From: Candidatus Bathyarchaeota archaeon
Lineage (GTDB): Archaea; Thermoproteota; Bathyarchaeia; Bathyarchaeales; Bathycorpusculaceae
NCBI GenBank assembly: GCA_963806535.1
Contig: CAWDYC010000004.1
Location: 32,001 to 96,000 of the forward strand
Reading direction: 5' to 3'
Length of the DNA: 64,000 nt
Under the pieces are notes generated by a model. It was not told the DNA's origin, searched no databases, and saw only the letters and a program-made list of their open reading frames with translations. Made by a program: the position numbers and the translations under genes. Below are positions 20,259 to 31,332 of the stretch, in pieces (positions within the stretch are counted from its first letter, which is position 1; every line of letters begins with the position of its first letter).

Positions 20259-22316
20259 CTAACGCGCTTCCCTTGCTCGAGGTGGGTACATGGTTATAAC
20301 TATATCTCTGCCAATTGTTCCTTCAGTTCCGGGGCCGGAATATTTTGACGCAGGATGAAAGAAAGTTACGAACGCGTCTAAACCATTGTACTCAATATTT
20401 GTTTTTACGCCGGAAGGTAGCATGTACTCAACTACCCCGCTTCTGAGTTCACTGTAGCCTTCGAGCAGTATGCAAGCAGGCGGCAGACTAAGTGATGAAA
20501 GAAGCGGGATAGGCTTAGTCCATCCAGCGAAAACAATGTTCCCTTGAACTCGTACCTGGAGCTCGTCTTTTTTGACGAGATGTACGTTTTTTTCGGCAGG
20601 AGTGCCTGCATTTTGTGTTTTCTCAAGCTCTACAGCTCTGGGATTGTCTGTAACGATAGCTGCTGGTACGTAAGCATAGCCTTTTGGCGTTTCAAGCCAC
20701 AAGTAAACCACTAGCCTGTTACCACCACCTTGCTGGGATTGCTCGTTGAAATGGTTGACCCAAATCATCATATCAGGCAGGTTAAAGCTGTCTGGCGGAT
20801 GGATAACGGCGTGTCCGCTGCTACCGTAGACTCTTGTTATGTCCTTGAGCCAGTTTTTGCCTGGGCATTTCTTGGCGTTGCCAATCGTGTTCAAAATGTC
20901 TTTTTCGGTGATTATACCCGGTTTCTCCACGACTTCATGGATCATTTTCTGGTATGCCCCATCTGGCTTGGACCAAACGTGTTCTTCTTCACGAAGAGGA
21001 GTGCTTGCACGTATAGGCGGTTTCAGGATAGAGTCCAGAGTGATGACTGAAGGAACGGATGCTTTTTTCCAAACTTCATTTAACATCTTTTTAGTCTTTT
21101 CCACGTATTCAAAATCATCAGTATAGAAATGCCGCGTTAAGGCGGATTTCTGATTGGGGGAAACTTGAGACTGGAAGAGGGTTTTTCCATCAACGATTAC
21201 AGTGTCAAAGTAGCTTGTAGACACATGCTTGACAGCACAGCATTTCATTAGTTCTTGAGCAGCAATCAAGTTTTCCTTGATTATGGGCGACATAATTTTA
21301 ACGGAGATTCCTCTTTCAATCTGTTCTCTCAGCAGGGAAATATGTTTCCAAGATTCAATGAGACCTTTTGAAGAGATCATCATCATGATTTCCTCTTGAG
21401 CTGACTTTAGAGCCTCATTGTAGGTCTCAAGGGCAGTGTGAGCGTCACTGATAACGCGTGTTGTCGGTGTTGGTTTACCAGTTTCAATCTCCGAAATTTT
21501 CATATTTATGTCTGTGGAGTCGATCCACAAATCCTCAAAGACAGCCGTAAACGCTTGTACCAGAGACTTACAGTTCGTCCAAAGGCATACGTCATCCTTT
21601 TCTGCCTTTTCCGTTCTTGGCGTGATGAAGAACAATATTTCTTCGTTATCTCTTGCAACCATTCTGGGAAAAAGGCTTAAACCTAAATCAGGGTTTCTTG
21701 CCTTCAGGTTGAAGTTGGTCTTAGATGTTCTCTTGAGAATTGTTTTCATGATATTCAGATTTTTTTCTGACAATTCGGTGAGAAAACGATACGTAATTTG
21801 TGACCTCAAAGGATGACTAAAGGCCACATCGAAAATGCCAAATTGATCAGCACGCATCATGCTTGGAACAGTGGTTGCTGTTAACAGTTGATGTTTAGTA
21901 TCTAGAATCATCTTAGATATTCTTGAGTAGATTCTTTTGTTTCCTTTGATTACAGCAAATTTTTCTAAAGAAGGTTCTAACTCTGTATTGTGTTTTTTCT
22001 TTAGGTAGTCAAGAAGTTCTTTCCTGCTTTTCTCTATCAGGGCAACTTCCTTTTGCCTAGCTCCAATAATAGAATCTAGAATGTTCTCGAAGGGAACTAC
22101 TGTGAAGTGTGTGGGAAACTCTACAGTTGACTCCGCAAAACCCTTGGCTTGAAGCCTATTTAGAATGCGAAAAACCTGCGCCTTATCTTTCCCAAGAAGT
22201 CTGGCGATTTCGTTAACTTTCATCGCATCGTGTTTGGCGAGGAAAATGTACACCTCTGCCTCTTTTTCGGTCAAGCCAGAATTAATGAGAACCTTTTTTA
22301 TTGTTTCCTCGCTCAA
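20259..22316 (-). CDS. Large TrmB-family regulator (wHTH, two PLD-like domains, extra C-terminal domain)
   Basis: GLTEKEAEVYIFL wHTH; two TrmB sugar-binding-like domains (FEDLW; IVDGK..LNEVW). Confidence 0.85.
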   Translation of the reverse strand: MSEETIKKVLINSGLTEKEAEVYIFLAKHDAMKVNEIARLLGKDKAQVFRILNRLQAKGFAESTVEFPTHFTVVPFENILDSIIGARQKEVALIEKSRKELLDYLKKKHNTELEPSLEKFAVIKGNKRIYSRISKMILDTKHQLLTATTVPSMMRADQFGIFDVAFSHPLRSQITYRFLTELSEKNLNIMKTILKRTSKTNFNLKARNPDLGLSLFPRMVARDNEEILFFITPRTEKAEKDDVCLWTNCKSLVQAFTAVFEDLWIDSTDINMKISEIETGKPTPTTRVISDAHTALETYNEALKSAQEEIMMMISSKGLIESWKHISLLREQIERGISVKIMSPIIKENLIAAQELMKCCAVKHVSTSYFDTVIVDGKTLFQSQVSPNQKSALTRHFYTDDFEYVEKTKKMLNEVWKKASVPSVITLDSILKPPIRASTPLREEEHVWSKPDGAYQKMIHEVVEKPGIITEKDILNTIGNAKKCPGKNWLKDITRVYGSSGHAVIHPPDSFNLPDMMIWVNHFNEQSQQGGGNRLVVYLWLETPKGYAYVPAAIVTDNPRAVELEKTQNAGTPAEKNVHLVKKDELQVRVQGNIVFAGWTKPIPLLSSLSLPPACILLEGYSELRSGVVEYMLPSGVKTNIEYNGLDAFVTFFHPASKYSGPGTEGTIGRDIVITMYPPRAREAR

Positions 22317-22446
22317 ACCAGCTGCTCCAATGGTTGTTGGTGATAGACTTTGTCACTCGTACAAGTTTAAGTGACCTCATGGGCTTAATTGTTTTTTGAT
22401 GGTTTGAACCGAATTTCGCATTAATCTGGTAGGGAGGTGAGAAAAA

Positions 22447-23037
22447 ATGAAAAAGAAGACTCTTTTGATCTGCATCATCGTATTAACGACTATACTCATG
22501 ACTTCATCGATGATATCATTGTCCCAAGCAGGTTTGCTCTTTAAACCCAAGCAAGAATATGTGATCTACGACTTTAGAGTAAGCATTAACCCAGCCGGTG
22601 TTGTCAATACTCTTACGGATACCAGCGCTTTCCCAGTCGTCGTCCAAGAAATCTACAGCACAGATGCAGCTATAGTATCGGCAAGCGTCACAATAAACGG
22701 GGTGGCATATACTTATCCTAAGGATTTCGACTACAGTTATACCGGCCATATGGAACTCAATTATGTTACGGGATATGGCTTGGATATAATTCAGGAGAAG
22801 CTTACCTTCAAAAACTTGCCTGGGCATCCAATTCTGAACGGGCGAGCAGAAGAGAAAGTTAGTGGCTTAATTCTCTCTCCCACTATGGACATCAGTCATT
22901 GGGAAGAGTTTGGCAATTTCCAACTGAGCGGTACTAAAATGTTCAGTATTGTACACGGCGACGGGGCTGCAATGGGTGGAGTTTCAACAGGTTATGTCGT
23001 ACGCCACTTCGGCCTAATTAGCGACTGGCCTCTCTAA
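22447..23037 (+). CDS. Secreted hypothetical protein
   Basis: GGAGGTGA RBS; MKKK + hydrophobic signal peptide; 196 aa. Confidence 0.75.
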   Translation: MKKKTLLICIIVLTTILMTSSMISLSQAGLLFKPKQEYVIYDFRVSINPAGVVNTLTDTSAFPVVVQEIYSTDAAIVSASVTINGVAYTYPKDFDYSYTGHMELNYVTGYGLDIIQEKLTFKNLPGHPILNGRAEEKVSGLILSPTMDISHWEEFGNFQLSGTKMFSIVHGDGAAMGGVSTGYVVRHFGLISDWPL

Positions 23038-23106
23038 CAAACATAGAGCTTACAAATTTCGTTCCTCTTTTTTTCAGTTTCATCTTTCTAGAAGGGTGCG
23101 GTTCGA

Positions 23107-23460
23107 TTGAGTAAAGAAAAGATGCTCAAAACACTCGTAAGTTTAGGGTTCACAGAAACAGACGCCCAGGTCTACTTCTATCTCACAACCGAAGGTCTCC
23201 AAAAAGCTGCAGACATAACTGAAGCACTGAAACTTCACAAGCAGCAACTCTACAGAAGCCTGAAACGTCTGTTTAGGAAAGGCATAGTAAAGACTACTCT
23301 TGAGCGTCCTTCACGGTTTTCGGTTGCGTTATCGATCGAGAAAACTTTAGACTTGTTGATCGAAACCAAAAAGGAACAAACTTTGGAGTTGCAAGCAAGC
23401 CGCGAAGAACTCCTTTCTTCTTGGAGATCTATGATTGAGAAGCATTCTTCAGACAGCTGA
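23107..23460 (+). CDS. Stand-alone TrmB-type wHTH protein
   Basis: LGFTETDAQVYFYL...QQLYRSLKRL..KGIV. Confidence 0.85.
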   Translation: MSKEKMLKTLVSLGFTETDAQVYFYLTTEGLQKAADITEALKLHKQQLYRSLKRLFRKGIVKTTLERPSRFSVALSIEKTLDLLIETKKEQTLELQASREELLSSWRSMIEKHSSDS

Positions 23461-23602
23461 CATATCTGCATTTTTTGGTTGTAAACTATCTCAATTGCTC
23501 CAAGACGAGCAAACCATTGTCTGCAACAGCAACCCAGAGAGCATTAAGCCTCCAACAATGATCATTTTAGTCAAATAGAGCTGAATTGAGGTTGAAGTGA
23601 AG

Positions 23603-23676
23603 TGGACCGGGGGGGATTTGAACCCCCGACCTCTTGAGTGCAAGTCAAGCGTTCATACCAGCTGAACTACCGGCCC
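23603..23676 (-). tRNA. tRNA-Ala(UGC)
   Basis: Cloverleaf GGGCCGG/CCGGTCC with G3:U70; anticodon arm CTTGA-CTTGCAC-TCAAG; T-loop TTCAAAT; CCA not encoded. Confidence 0.97.
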
Positions 23677-23780
23677 TTGCTTTTCCCAATTGATAAACTA
23701 ATCAATGATATTTAGCTTTTGTTCGCAGCAAACCCAGTCATAGAGTAATATCTTTTAAAAGTGCAGTTAAATCATTAATT

Positions 23781-24283
23781 ATGGAGGTTCAACCTTTGGA
23801 GTTAAAAACAGTCAAAATTGACCCGCCAAAAGATTGCAACATCATTATTGGCATGGCACATTTCATAAAAACCGCTGAAGACCTCTATGAGGCAATGGTT
23901 AATTCTGTGCCAAACATTAAATTCGGCTTAGGTTTCTGTGAAAGCTCAGGACCTTGTTTGGTTAGGCATGAAGGAAACGATGAAGAGCTACGGCGACTGG
24001 CGGCAGAGAAAGCATTTGAAATTGGTTGCGGTCACAGTTTTCTAGTTTATATCAAAAATGCCTATCCACTTAACGTGCTTGATAAAATCAAGAAGGTGCC
24101 TGAAGTATGCACAATTTACGCTGCCACAGCTAATCCGCTAGAAGTTTTAATTGCTGAAACCTGCTCAGGGAAGAGGCATTATTGGGGTTGTCGATGGGTT
24201 AAAAAGCAAAGGAATAGAAACTGAAGCAGACATTAAGGAGCGGCGTGAGTTTTCTGCGGAAAATAGGCTACAAACTGGGCTGA
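23781..24283 (+). CDS. Adenosine-specific kinase (DUF355 family), frameshifted near the 3' end
   Basis: [39 protein letters not shown] motifs. Confidence 0.9.
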
Positions 24284-24359
24284 TCCAGTCAGGTAACCAT
24301 AAACTATTTTAGTTTACTTAAGAATCAAAACTTAGCAACTCGTGCAAATTGGTGTTTTA

Positions 24360-25207
24360 ATGGCTTTAGAGAGAAACATGGCTCAGCTTGAAGCTTACAA
24401 GCAACAACAATCAGAAGAGCAGCAGAACCTAAAAGATAGAATGGGCAAAATTAAACATAAAATCGCAATTATAAGCGGCAAAGGCGGCGTAGGAAAAAGC
24501 ACTGTAACTGTGAATCTTGCGGCAGCTTTTGCGCAGATGGGAAACAAAGTTGGCATTTTAGATGCTGATATTCATGGCCCGAGTGTTCCTAAGCTTCTTG
24601 GATTAGAAGGGCAGCATGTTAAGATTGGTCCATCAGGGGCTTATCCAGTCGAGGGACCCTCTAGGCATGGAGGTTATGTCGATTGACTTCTTTTTGTCTG
24701 AGGATGCCCCGACGATTTGGCGTGGTCCATTAAAAATGAAAGCGATCCGCCAGTTTCTCTCAGATATTGTTTGGGGAGAACTTGATTTTCTTGTTTATTG
24801 ATTTGCCTCCTGGAACAGGAGATGAACCTCTGAGCATTGCTCAGCTTTTGCCAGAAATGGATGGAGTTGTAATTGTCACGATGCCTACTGGCTTGTCTAG
24901 TTCGGTGGTTAAGAAAGCAATTACTTTCGCTGAAAGACTAAACATGCCGATTATTGGCGTTGTTGAAAACATGAGCGGATTTGTTTGCCCACATTGCGGC
25001 AAAAAAACTGAGATTTTCCAGTCAGGCGGCGGAAAAAAGATGGCTCAAGAAGTCGGTGTTCCTTTTCTAGGCAGCATTCCGATTGATCCCACAGTAGGTC
25101 AGGATTCTGATAAAGGAAATCCGTTTGTTATTAAACATAAAGATTCAACTGCGGCTAAGGCTTTCACAGAAATTGTTGAGAAAATCAAGATCTACTTGAA
25201 AAAATAA
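24360..25207 (+). CDS. mrp: Mrp/NBP35 Fe-S cluster carrier ATPase (frameshifted)
   Basis: [39 protein letters not shown]. Confidence 0.93.
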
Positions 25208-25280
25208 TCGCGAAAAATTTTATATGTAAAAAGATTGGAGAGGTTAAAACTCCCAGGTTAATTTTTTTGTTCGCCATGGT

Positions 25281-25571
25281 TTACTCTTTTGTAAGAGTTA
25301 TTTCTATCGTTGAAACCATTCGAGACCTGTTTTCGCCTTCTCTTGGTGGCATCTCTGCGGTACCGATTGCAATTTTTGTTACTTTGAGGTCTTTTAGGAA
25401 GCGGCTTCTTGTAATTTCTGCAACGTCAACGGCGGTGGTTATTGCTTGTCCTCTTGCTTTTAGGGTTATTTCTTTTCCTGCGCCTGAAGAGAATGCTGTT
25501 ATGATAGCGAGTACATAGCTCATTGGTGGTTTGTTTCCAACGAAGATTACATCATTTGGTTTTTCTGCCAT
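25281..25571 (-). CDS. albA: DNA/RNA-binding protein Alba
   Basis: VIFVGNKPPMSYVLA, KARGQAITTAVDVAEI, VSTIEI. Confidence 0.95.
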   Translation of the reverse strand: MAEKPNDVIFVGNKPPMSYVLAIITAFSSGAGKEITLKARGQAITTAVDVAEITRSRFLKDLKVTKIAIGTAEMPPREGENRSRMVSTIEITLTKE

Positions 25572-25861
25572 ATATATCAACTCCTTTTTTTGTTTTTATT
25601 GCGGTAGTAACGTTCTTTTTGTCTTTTGGACTGGGAACGTTACTGCATTACTACGGCAAACTTCCTAATAAATCAATTCAGAATCCCACCTTTGGATTTT
25701 AGTGTCTAATCAGAACTAAATAATGTACTCTAGTGGTTTGGCAAAAAGTTCATTAATAGATTTTGCCACTCAGTTTAGTTTCAGGATGACGTTCAGCGAA
25801 GAAGCGGTATAGTTTTATACCTCAACCTTAAAGGGAACAGTAAAAGCAGGAGAGTTATTTC

Positions 25862-26637
25862 ATGTCTGTGTCGCCTGGTCTCAGAGAAGTTTTAGCGAAG
25901 AAGAATTGCTGGAGAAATAATTCTTTCAAGCAAACCAGGCTCAACGATGCGAAAATGGCGGGAACTCTTCGCCGTTTCCCAAATGACACTTTCGGAAACA
26001 ATGGGTTTGTCTTCTTCAACAGTGATCAGCGACTATGAAAGCGGACGACGAAAAAGCCCAGGCGCCAAATTCATCCGAAGATTCGTGCTCTCGCTTGCTG
26101 CACATTGACGAAACAAAAGGTAGCCGCTTTATCAGAGAATTCGCAAAACTAACCAGTTCGCCAAGCATGGCTGTTGTCGATTTACGTGAATTCCCCATAC
26201 CAGTGCGGGTTGAGTACCTATGCAAGGCTATTAGCGGCGAAATTGTAGCTGTCAAGGACAAGTACGTTAAAGAAGTTAACGGGTACACAGTTATTGACAG
26301 CACCAAAGCAGTTGAAGCGTATTCAGGGTCGGAGTATGCGCAGCTGTTCGGGGCGACGACTGAGCGGGCACTGATTTTTACAAATGTAGAAACCGGAGCC
26401 TTGCCCATGATGATTGTCCGCGTTAGCAGTCTTAAACCGCGAATTGTGGTTTTTCATAAAATTCCGCCTGATGCGGAAGCTATACGAATTGCGGAGTACG
26501 AGCAGATACCGCTTATTTACTCTTCTGCGCCAACATTGGAGCAGCTGGTGAAATCTCTGCGAAAGCTATACCGTATTGCGTTGAGGGTTAAACTTGGTAG
26601 GCGCCGGGTACGTGCACCCCCAAAAATAAGCGCATAG
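25862..26637 (+). CDS. XRE-HTH + DRTGG-like transcriptional regulator (frameshifted)
   Basis: 5' part reads IAGEIILS..PGSTMRKWRELF...SSTVISDYESGRRKSPG; 3' part GYTVIDS..A, ALIFTNV..G..PM..VRV..LKP. Confidence 0.85.
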
Positions 26638-26639
26638 AG

Positions 26640-27042
26640 TCAACGTATTCTTAAAAGTTCAACATCTAAACTGTTAAATTCTTTGTCACTGCCCACTACA
26701 AGTTTGGTATTTATGCTTCGAGCTGTAGCCACCGCGAAGGCATCTGCAAGCGACAATGAATGTTTGGCATTTGATTTTTCCAGCTTCACGCCATAGACCA
26801 TTATCTTCAATTGGAACAACTTTGAGACCGAATGAACGCAGTTCCTTTTGGGTTTCTTCAGCAACCAAAGGGCTTCCTCTTGATAAAATATAGTAAATTT
26901 CAGTTAAGCTAATTATATTTATGTAACCTTCAGCTTCGCCTTTTTGAATTTTCTTAAGAAATTCGTTGACTATTTCGCCGCCTGTTTCACCCAAGTAGAA
27001 GGCTAAAATAGGTTCGGAGTCAAAGGTTAGCCGCTCTAGCAC
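26640..27042 (-). CDS. vapC: VapC/PIN toxin (frameshifted)
   Basis: TFDSEPILAF, INLTEIYY-like and SLADAFAVATA..LVVGSDKEF PIN motifs. Confidence 0.85.
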
Positions 27043-27289
27043 GTTTAATCCACTTCTCATCTTGCGCAATCTCTTCTTTTCTTGCTTCTTCGAGTAATTC
27101 CTTTGCTGTTTTTCCTTCGAACATCGATTTTAATGAACCATAGGCTTCATCTGGCGATGGAAGAGGCTTTATTATTATTTCTTTTCCATTGTCTTCTACC
27201 AAAATTTTGTCTTTGATTCCGTATTTTTTTCTTAATTTTTTGGGTATTGTTGCTTGTCCCTTTTTTGTTACACTTATAACTTCGACCAA
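27020..27289 (-). CDS. AbrB/MazE-family antitoxin
   Basis: VTKKGQATIPKKLRKKYGI. Confidence 0.9.
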   Translation of the reverse strand: MVEVISVTKKGQATIPKKLRKKYGIKDKILVEDNGKEIIIKPLPSPDEAYGSLKSMFEGKTAKELLEEARKEEIAQDEKWIKRARAANL

Positions 27290-27390
27290 GATAGGCCACC
27301 ATTAATACCCATTATCTCAGTAATACTTAACTTTGTTGGTCTTACCTCTTACGGCTGCATTACTGAAAAAAACTATAAATGAAAAAATAT

Positions 27391-28910
27391 TTAATGGCTG
27401 TTTTTGTTGTTGTAGTCTGTTGTTAGTACGTTCATTGCGCTCAGGACTGCTTCCATGCTTGCTTTAACGATGTCTTCGCGGACTCCCATTGCTGTGACTA
27501 CTCTGTCGCCTTTCCGCATTCGTACGACCACTTCAACCATTGCATCTGTGCCTCCAGTTATTGCTTTGACATTATATTGCTCAAGTGTGATCGGCTCAAC
27601 CTCGGCTATTGCGTTTTTGACCGCATTTATAGCTGCGTCCACGGGTCCAACGCCGACAGCTGCCCCCCAAACATCCTTGCCATTTAACGCTAAACGTACT
27701 GAGGCTGTTGCGGTTACTTTGTCGCCGCCAACAAACGTCATTTCTTCAAGCCGTATTGGTTTTGCTTTGCTCAAACCCATAACATTCTCCGCTATTGCAA
27801 GAACGTCGGCATCCATGACGGTTTTGCCTTTGTCACCAAGCTCTTTGATCCGCTTGAATATATCTTTAAACTGTTCATCAGTGGGTTTAAGACCCATACT
27901 TTCTAAATCTGCTCGTATTGCGTGAGATCCAGAGTGTTTGCCTGGAGATATCCGTCGTTTGCAACCAACTAGTTCAGGAGCAATAGGTTCGTAAGTCAAA
28001 GGGTTAGCAAGCATTCCTTGAGTATGTATTCCTGATTCATGAGTGAAAGCATTTTCGCCCACAATTGCCTTGTTAGGTTGTACATAGACCCCTGTCAATC
28101 TGGAAACCAGTTGCGAAGTACCGTACAACAATTCCGTTTTAATATTTAAGTCCATTTTGTAAAGCGATTTTAAGGTCACAACTACTTCTTCAAGTGAAGC
28201 GTTTCCTGCTCGCTCACCTAACCCATTTATGGTTGCATGCACTTCTTCTGCTCCAGCGCCTAAAGCAGCAATTGTGTTGGCAACAGCCATCCCAAAGTCA
28301 TTATGGCAGTGCACACCTACTGGCACTTTTATTTTCTCTTTCAATTTTGTGAAGAACTCTGCAGCACGCTCTGGAGTTAGGATACCCACGGTATCGCATG
28401 GAATGACTCTATCTACTTTGGCTTCGACAGCTGTTTGAAAAACATTTACGAGATAATCAAATTCAGACCTAGTTGCATCTTCGGCTAAGAGTTCAACTGT
28501 TAACCCATGTCTCTTAGCGTAACTCACACATTCGTCTGTCGATTTGAGGATTTGTTCCCGTGTCTTGTGTAATTTACATTCGATATGCAAGTCAGATGTT
28601 GGGATAATCATGCTTATTGTTGAAGCCCCACTTTTAAGCACAGCATCAATATCATTTTTTGTTCCTCTTGCTGCGCTGGAGATATGCTGCTTTCAAGCCC
28701 TGTTTAACAATTAATTTTACGGCTTCCATTTCGCCTTCAGAAACAGCTGCGAAACCAGCCTCAATCACGTCCACACCGAGCTCATCTAAACGCTCGGCTA
28801 TTCGCAATTTGCTTTCAGGTACAAGTGATACTCCAGGTGTTTGTTCACCATCTCGCAGGGTGGTGTCTAAAAATTTTATGTTTTTAGGGAAGCGGTTGGA
28901 TAAAGCAATA
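27391..28910 (-). CDS. 2-isopropylmalate/(R)-citramalate synthase (LeuA/CimA family), frameshift near 28660
   Basis: [14 protein letters not shown] upstream of the listed ORF; HCHNDFG, GERAGN, HESGIH; regulatory domain G.GPVDA; start codon uncertain. Confidence 0.9.
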
Positions 28911-29067
28911 CCCCATTTAAAGTCACTCTGTTTTCAAGGCGTTAGCCTTAAATATAAAGTTTCTTTTCGAGAAGAAATTTTTAGTTTAGAGATTTTTGCT
29001 AGAGCGTTAAATATCTATCAAGAAACCCCAAAAACCTTTAAATTAGCTATCCCAGAGGTGGTTCTTA

Positions 29068-30373
29068 GTGTCTAAATTGGATGACTCAAACTTAGCATGG
29101 CTTCTCAGTTTTGAAAGTGGCAGAGCGTTCTTTAATGCAAAAATGAAGAATAGTCCAGTCACTAGAGATAACTATACTGGATGGTTGAAAGTTTACTGTG
29201 AAGATTTAGGATTAAATCCTGACGAGTTAGCTCTCTTAAAGCCTAACATGGCAGATGTTATGAATGCTTTTCAAAAAGGCGATAAAATCCCTGACCCTAA
29301 CCAAGCAGATAAAACCCTAGAGGATTATCTCGGTTTTAAAATGAATGAGTTTCACTTGAAGAATCCACAAACTCACCTTAAAGCAACAGACAGCAACAAA
29401 CTAAATCTAATGATAACGATAAGAAGCTTTTATTCTGCTAATCTTAGAGATTTATGCAAACAGACAGGCAAGAACATTGAGAAACTAAAAAGCAAACAAA
29501 GAACCCCAACCGTTGAAGATTGCACTAAGTTGGAGCTAAGCTATGGGTAACAATATGAGAAATAAGTTTCTGGTTTGGTTCCTTGAATCTTGCCCCGTTC
29601 GTGTCGGCACACTAAAGCTTTTGAAATGGAAGGACTTGAAACCTCTCAATGACTCACAAGTGCCATATTGGATATACGTTAAAGCTGATAGGTTGAAAGG
29701 TCAAGGCAAAGGGAGATATTCAAAAGCTAAACATGTTGGATTCTTGCACAAATATGCAGTTCAAAAACTTGAAGACTACAAACAAGAATTGAAGCAAAAA
29801 GGCATAGAATACAATCAAGATTCACCTTTGTTCTTGAGTTACCGCACTAACCAACATAGCAAAAAAGCCGAAAAAAACTTAAGAATGGTCAATTTCAACG
29901 ATGCGCTAGTTAACGCTTCAATTGTAGCTTTTGGCGATAACGTCAATAAGCATTATAGCCCACATGATTTCAGGGACATCCTAAGTTCTGTGTTAGGTAA
30001 ACCCCAAATTAATGCAGATGACAAAAATATTGCTAAATCGTTAGTCAGTCATTCACCTAAAGGAATAGAAAGCACATATGAAAACTTTGACGGTAAAGAT
30101 GATAAACCCAATGAAGACCTCTTAGCTTTGTTTAAACAATGCATACCGTTCTTAATTCCAGAAACAACAGGAGAGCTTAAAGCTGAGCTAGAGCAACAAA
30201 AGACCGAGAACATAAGCCAAATTGAAGAAATGAAAAAAGAGATTGAACGCATGGAAACGCGACATGAGGAAGAAATCCAAAATATGAAACAAGCTGTCAC
30301 CAGAGATGTGCAAGAGGTATTGGCTAGCCTTAACCGATTCAAAGAAGATAGCCAAAACAAAACAGAATCTTAA
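29068..30373 (+). CDS. Tyrosine recombinase/integrase (frameshift near 29545)
   Basis: SAM-like N-domain (SPVTRDNY..WL); catalytic R (PVRVGT), K, HDFR, H (VSHS), Y (ESTY); coiled-coil tail. Confidence 0.9.
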
Positions 30374-30938
30374 TTTTTTTCTTCTTTTCTTTCCTTATTG
30401 GAATCTTGAGATATTAACTCTCTTTTTCAATAAACTTAGCTAATTAGGTCTACATTATACTGTTAACTGTAAATATTAACGTGCTACTACCATAAATAAG
30501 CACTACTAACATTAATAGTAGAATTAATAGAATCATATTAGTATAAAATTGTACGTACATTGTATTACCCTAATTAATTGGTTTTTGTCATTTCTGTTTC
30601 TTTTGAATCAATCTTCAATTAATAATTGATGCTGAGACCTTGAAATCTCAAGTTTCCAGCCGCAAAACACGCTACTATTGCCAATAGTAGGTACTTCGAT
30701 TTAAAACGAGGCAGAACAACCACACACGACCAAACCGATATAGCCAAAACTCTTCATTTTAAGGCGCATTAGCCAAATAGAGGACTCCCCTGCCTTCTAT
30801 AACGCTTTTATAAACCACATCGGCATCCTACTCCGTCAGAACAGCTAAGAGCTAATCAGCAACTTTATTGTCTTTTCATTAGGTAATGAAACAAATTATT
30901 GTGCAATTAAAATTCTGTATAAAAAGGATTCCAGAAGG

Positions 30939-31091
30939 TTAAGGACTCGATGTTTTGGTTTTAAAAAGAATAAAGACCGCGCCCATCGGCGTTACTGAGA
31001 CGCTTATTGGCTCAAATCCGTTTGTTTCCTCTCTCGCTATTATGTTGTTCATTTCTTTTATTGATGTAGAAATAATTTTAGAGTTAACCAT
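30939..31091 (-). CDS. Small hypothetical protein (50 aa)
   Basis: Hand translation MVNSKIISTSIKEMNNIIAREETNGFEPISVSVTPMGAVFILFKTKTSSP; follows the 31150-31957 minus-strand run. Confidence 0.5.
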   Translation of the reverse strand: MVNSKIISTSIKEMNNIIAREETNGFEPISVSVTPMGAVFILFKTKTSSP

Positions 31092-31149
31092 ATTTTACAC
31101 CGTTTCAAGTATATGTTTTAATTTTCACACTTCTAAAAATAGTGGTTCA

Positions 31150-31332
31150 TCAGGAATAATTAGCCCAGTTACAATTAACGTCTATTAACGCATCTTGAAA
31201 ATCTTCACGTCCTAACATCAAATATTTAGCCTTCCAGCGGTTAGGCAAGGTCTTAAAATAATGGCTTTTTGTTACTTCACAATCAATTAAATACTGTTCA
31301 AACTCACTTTTTACTAGCTCTTTTATGGACAT
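31150..31332 (-). CDS. Small hypothetical protein
   Basis: 60-aa ATG ORF overlapping the end of the upstream gene. Confidence 0.5.
   Translation of the reverse strand: MSIKELVKSEFEQYLIDCEVTKSHYFKTLPNRWKAKYLMLGREDFQDALIDVNCNWANYS

Larger units (their letters stand above)
4447..23625. mobile_element. Tandem array of islands/cassettes integrated at the tRNA-Ala 3' end (left boundary may lie further left)
   Basis: Direct copies of the tRNA-Ala 3' end at 4447, 5205, 9414, (12614) and 20032, all downstream of and co-oriented with the gene at 23603-23676. Confidence 0.7.
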
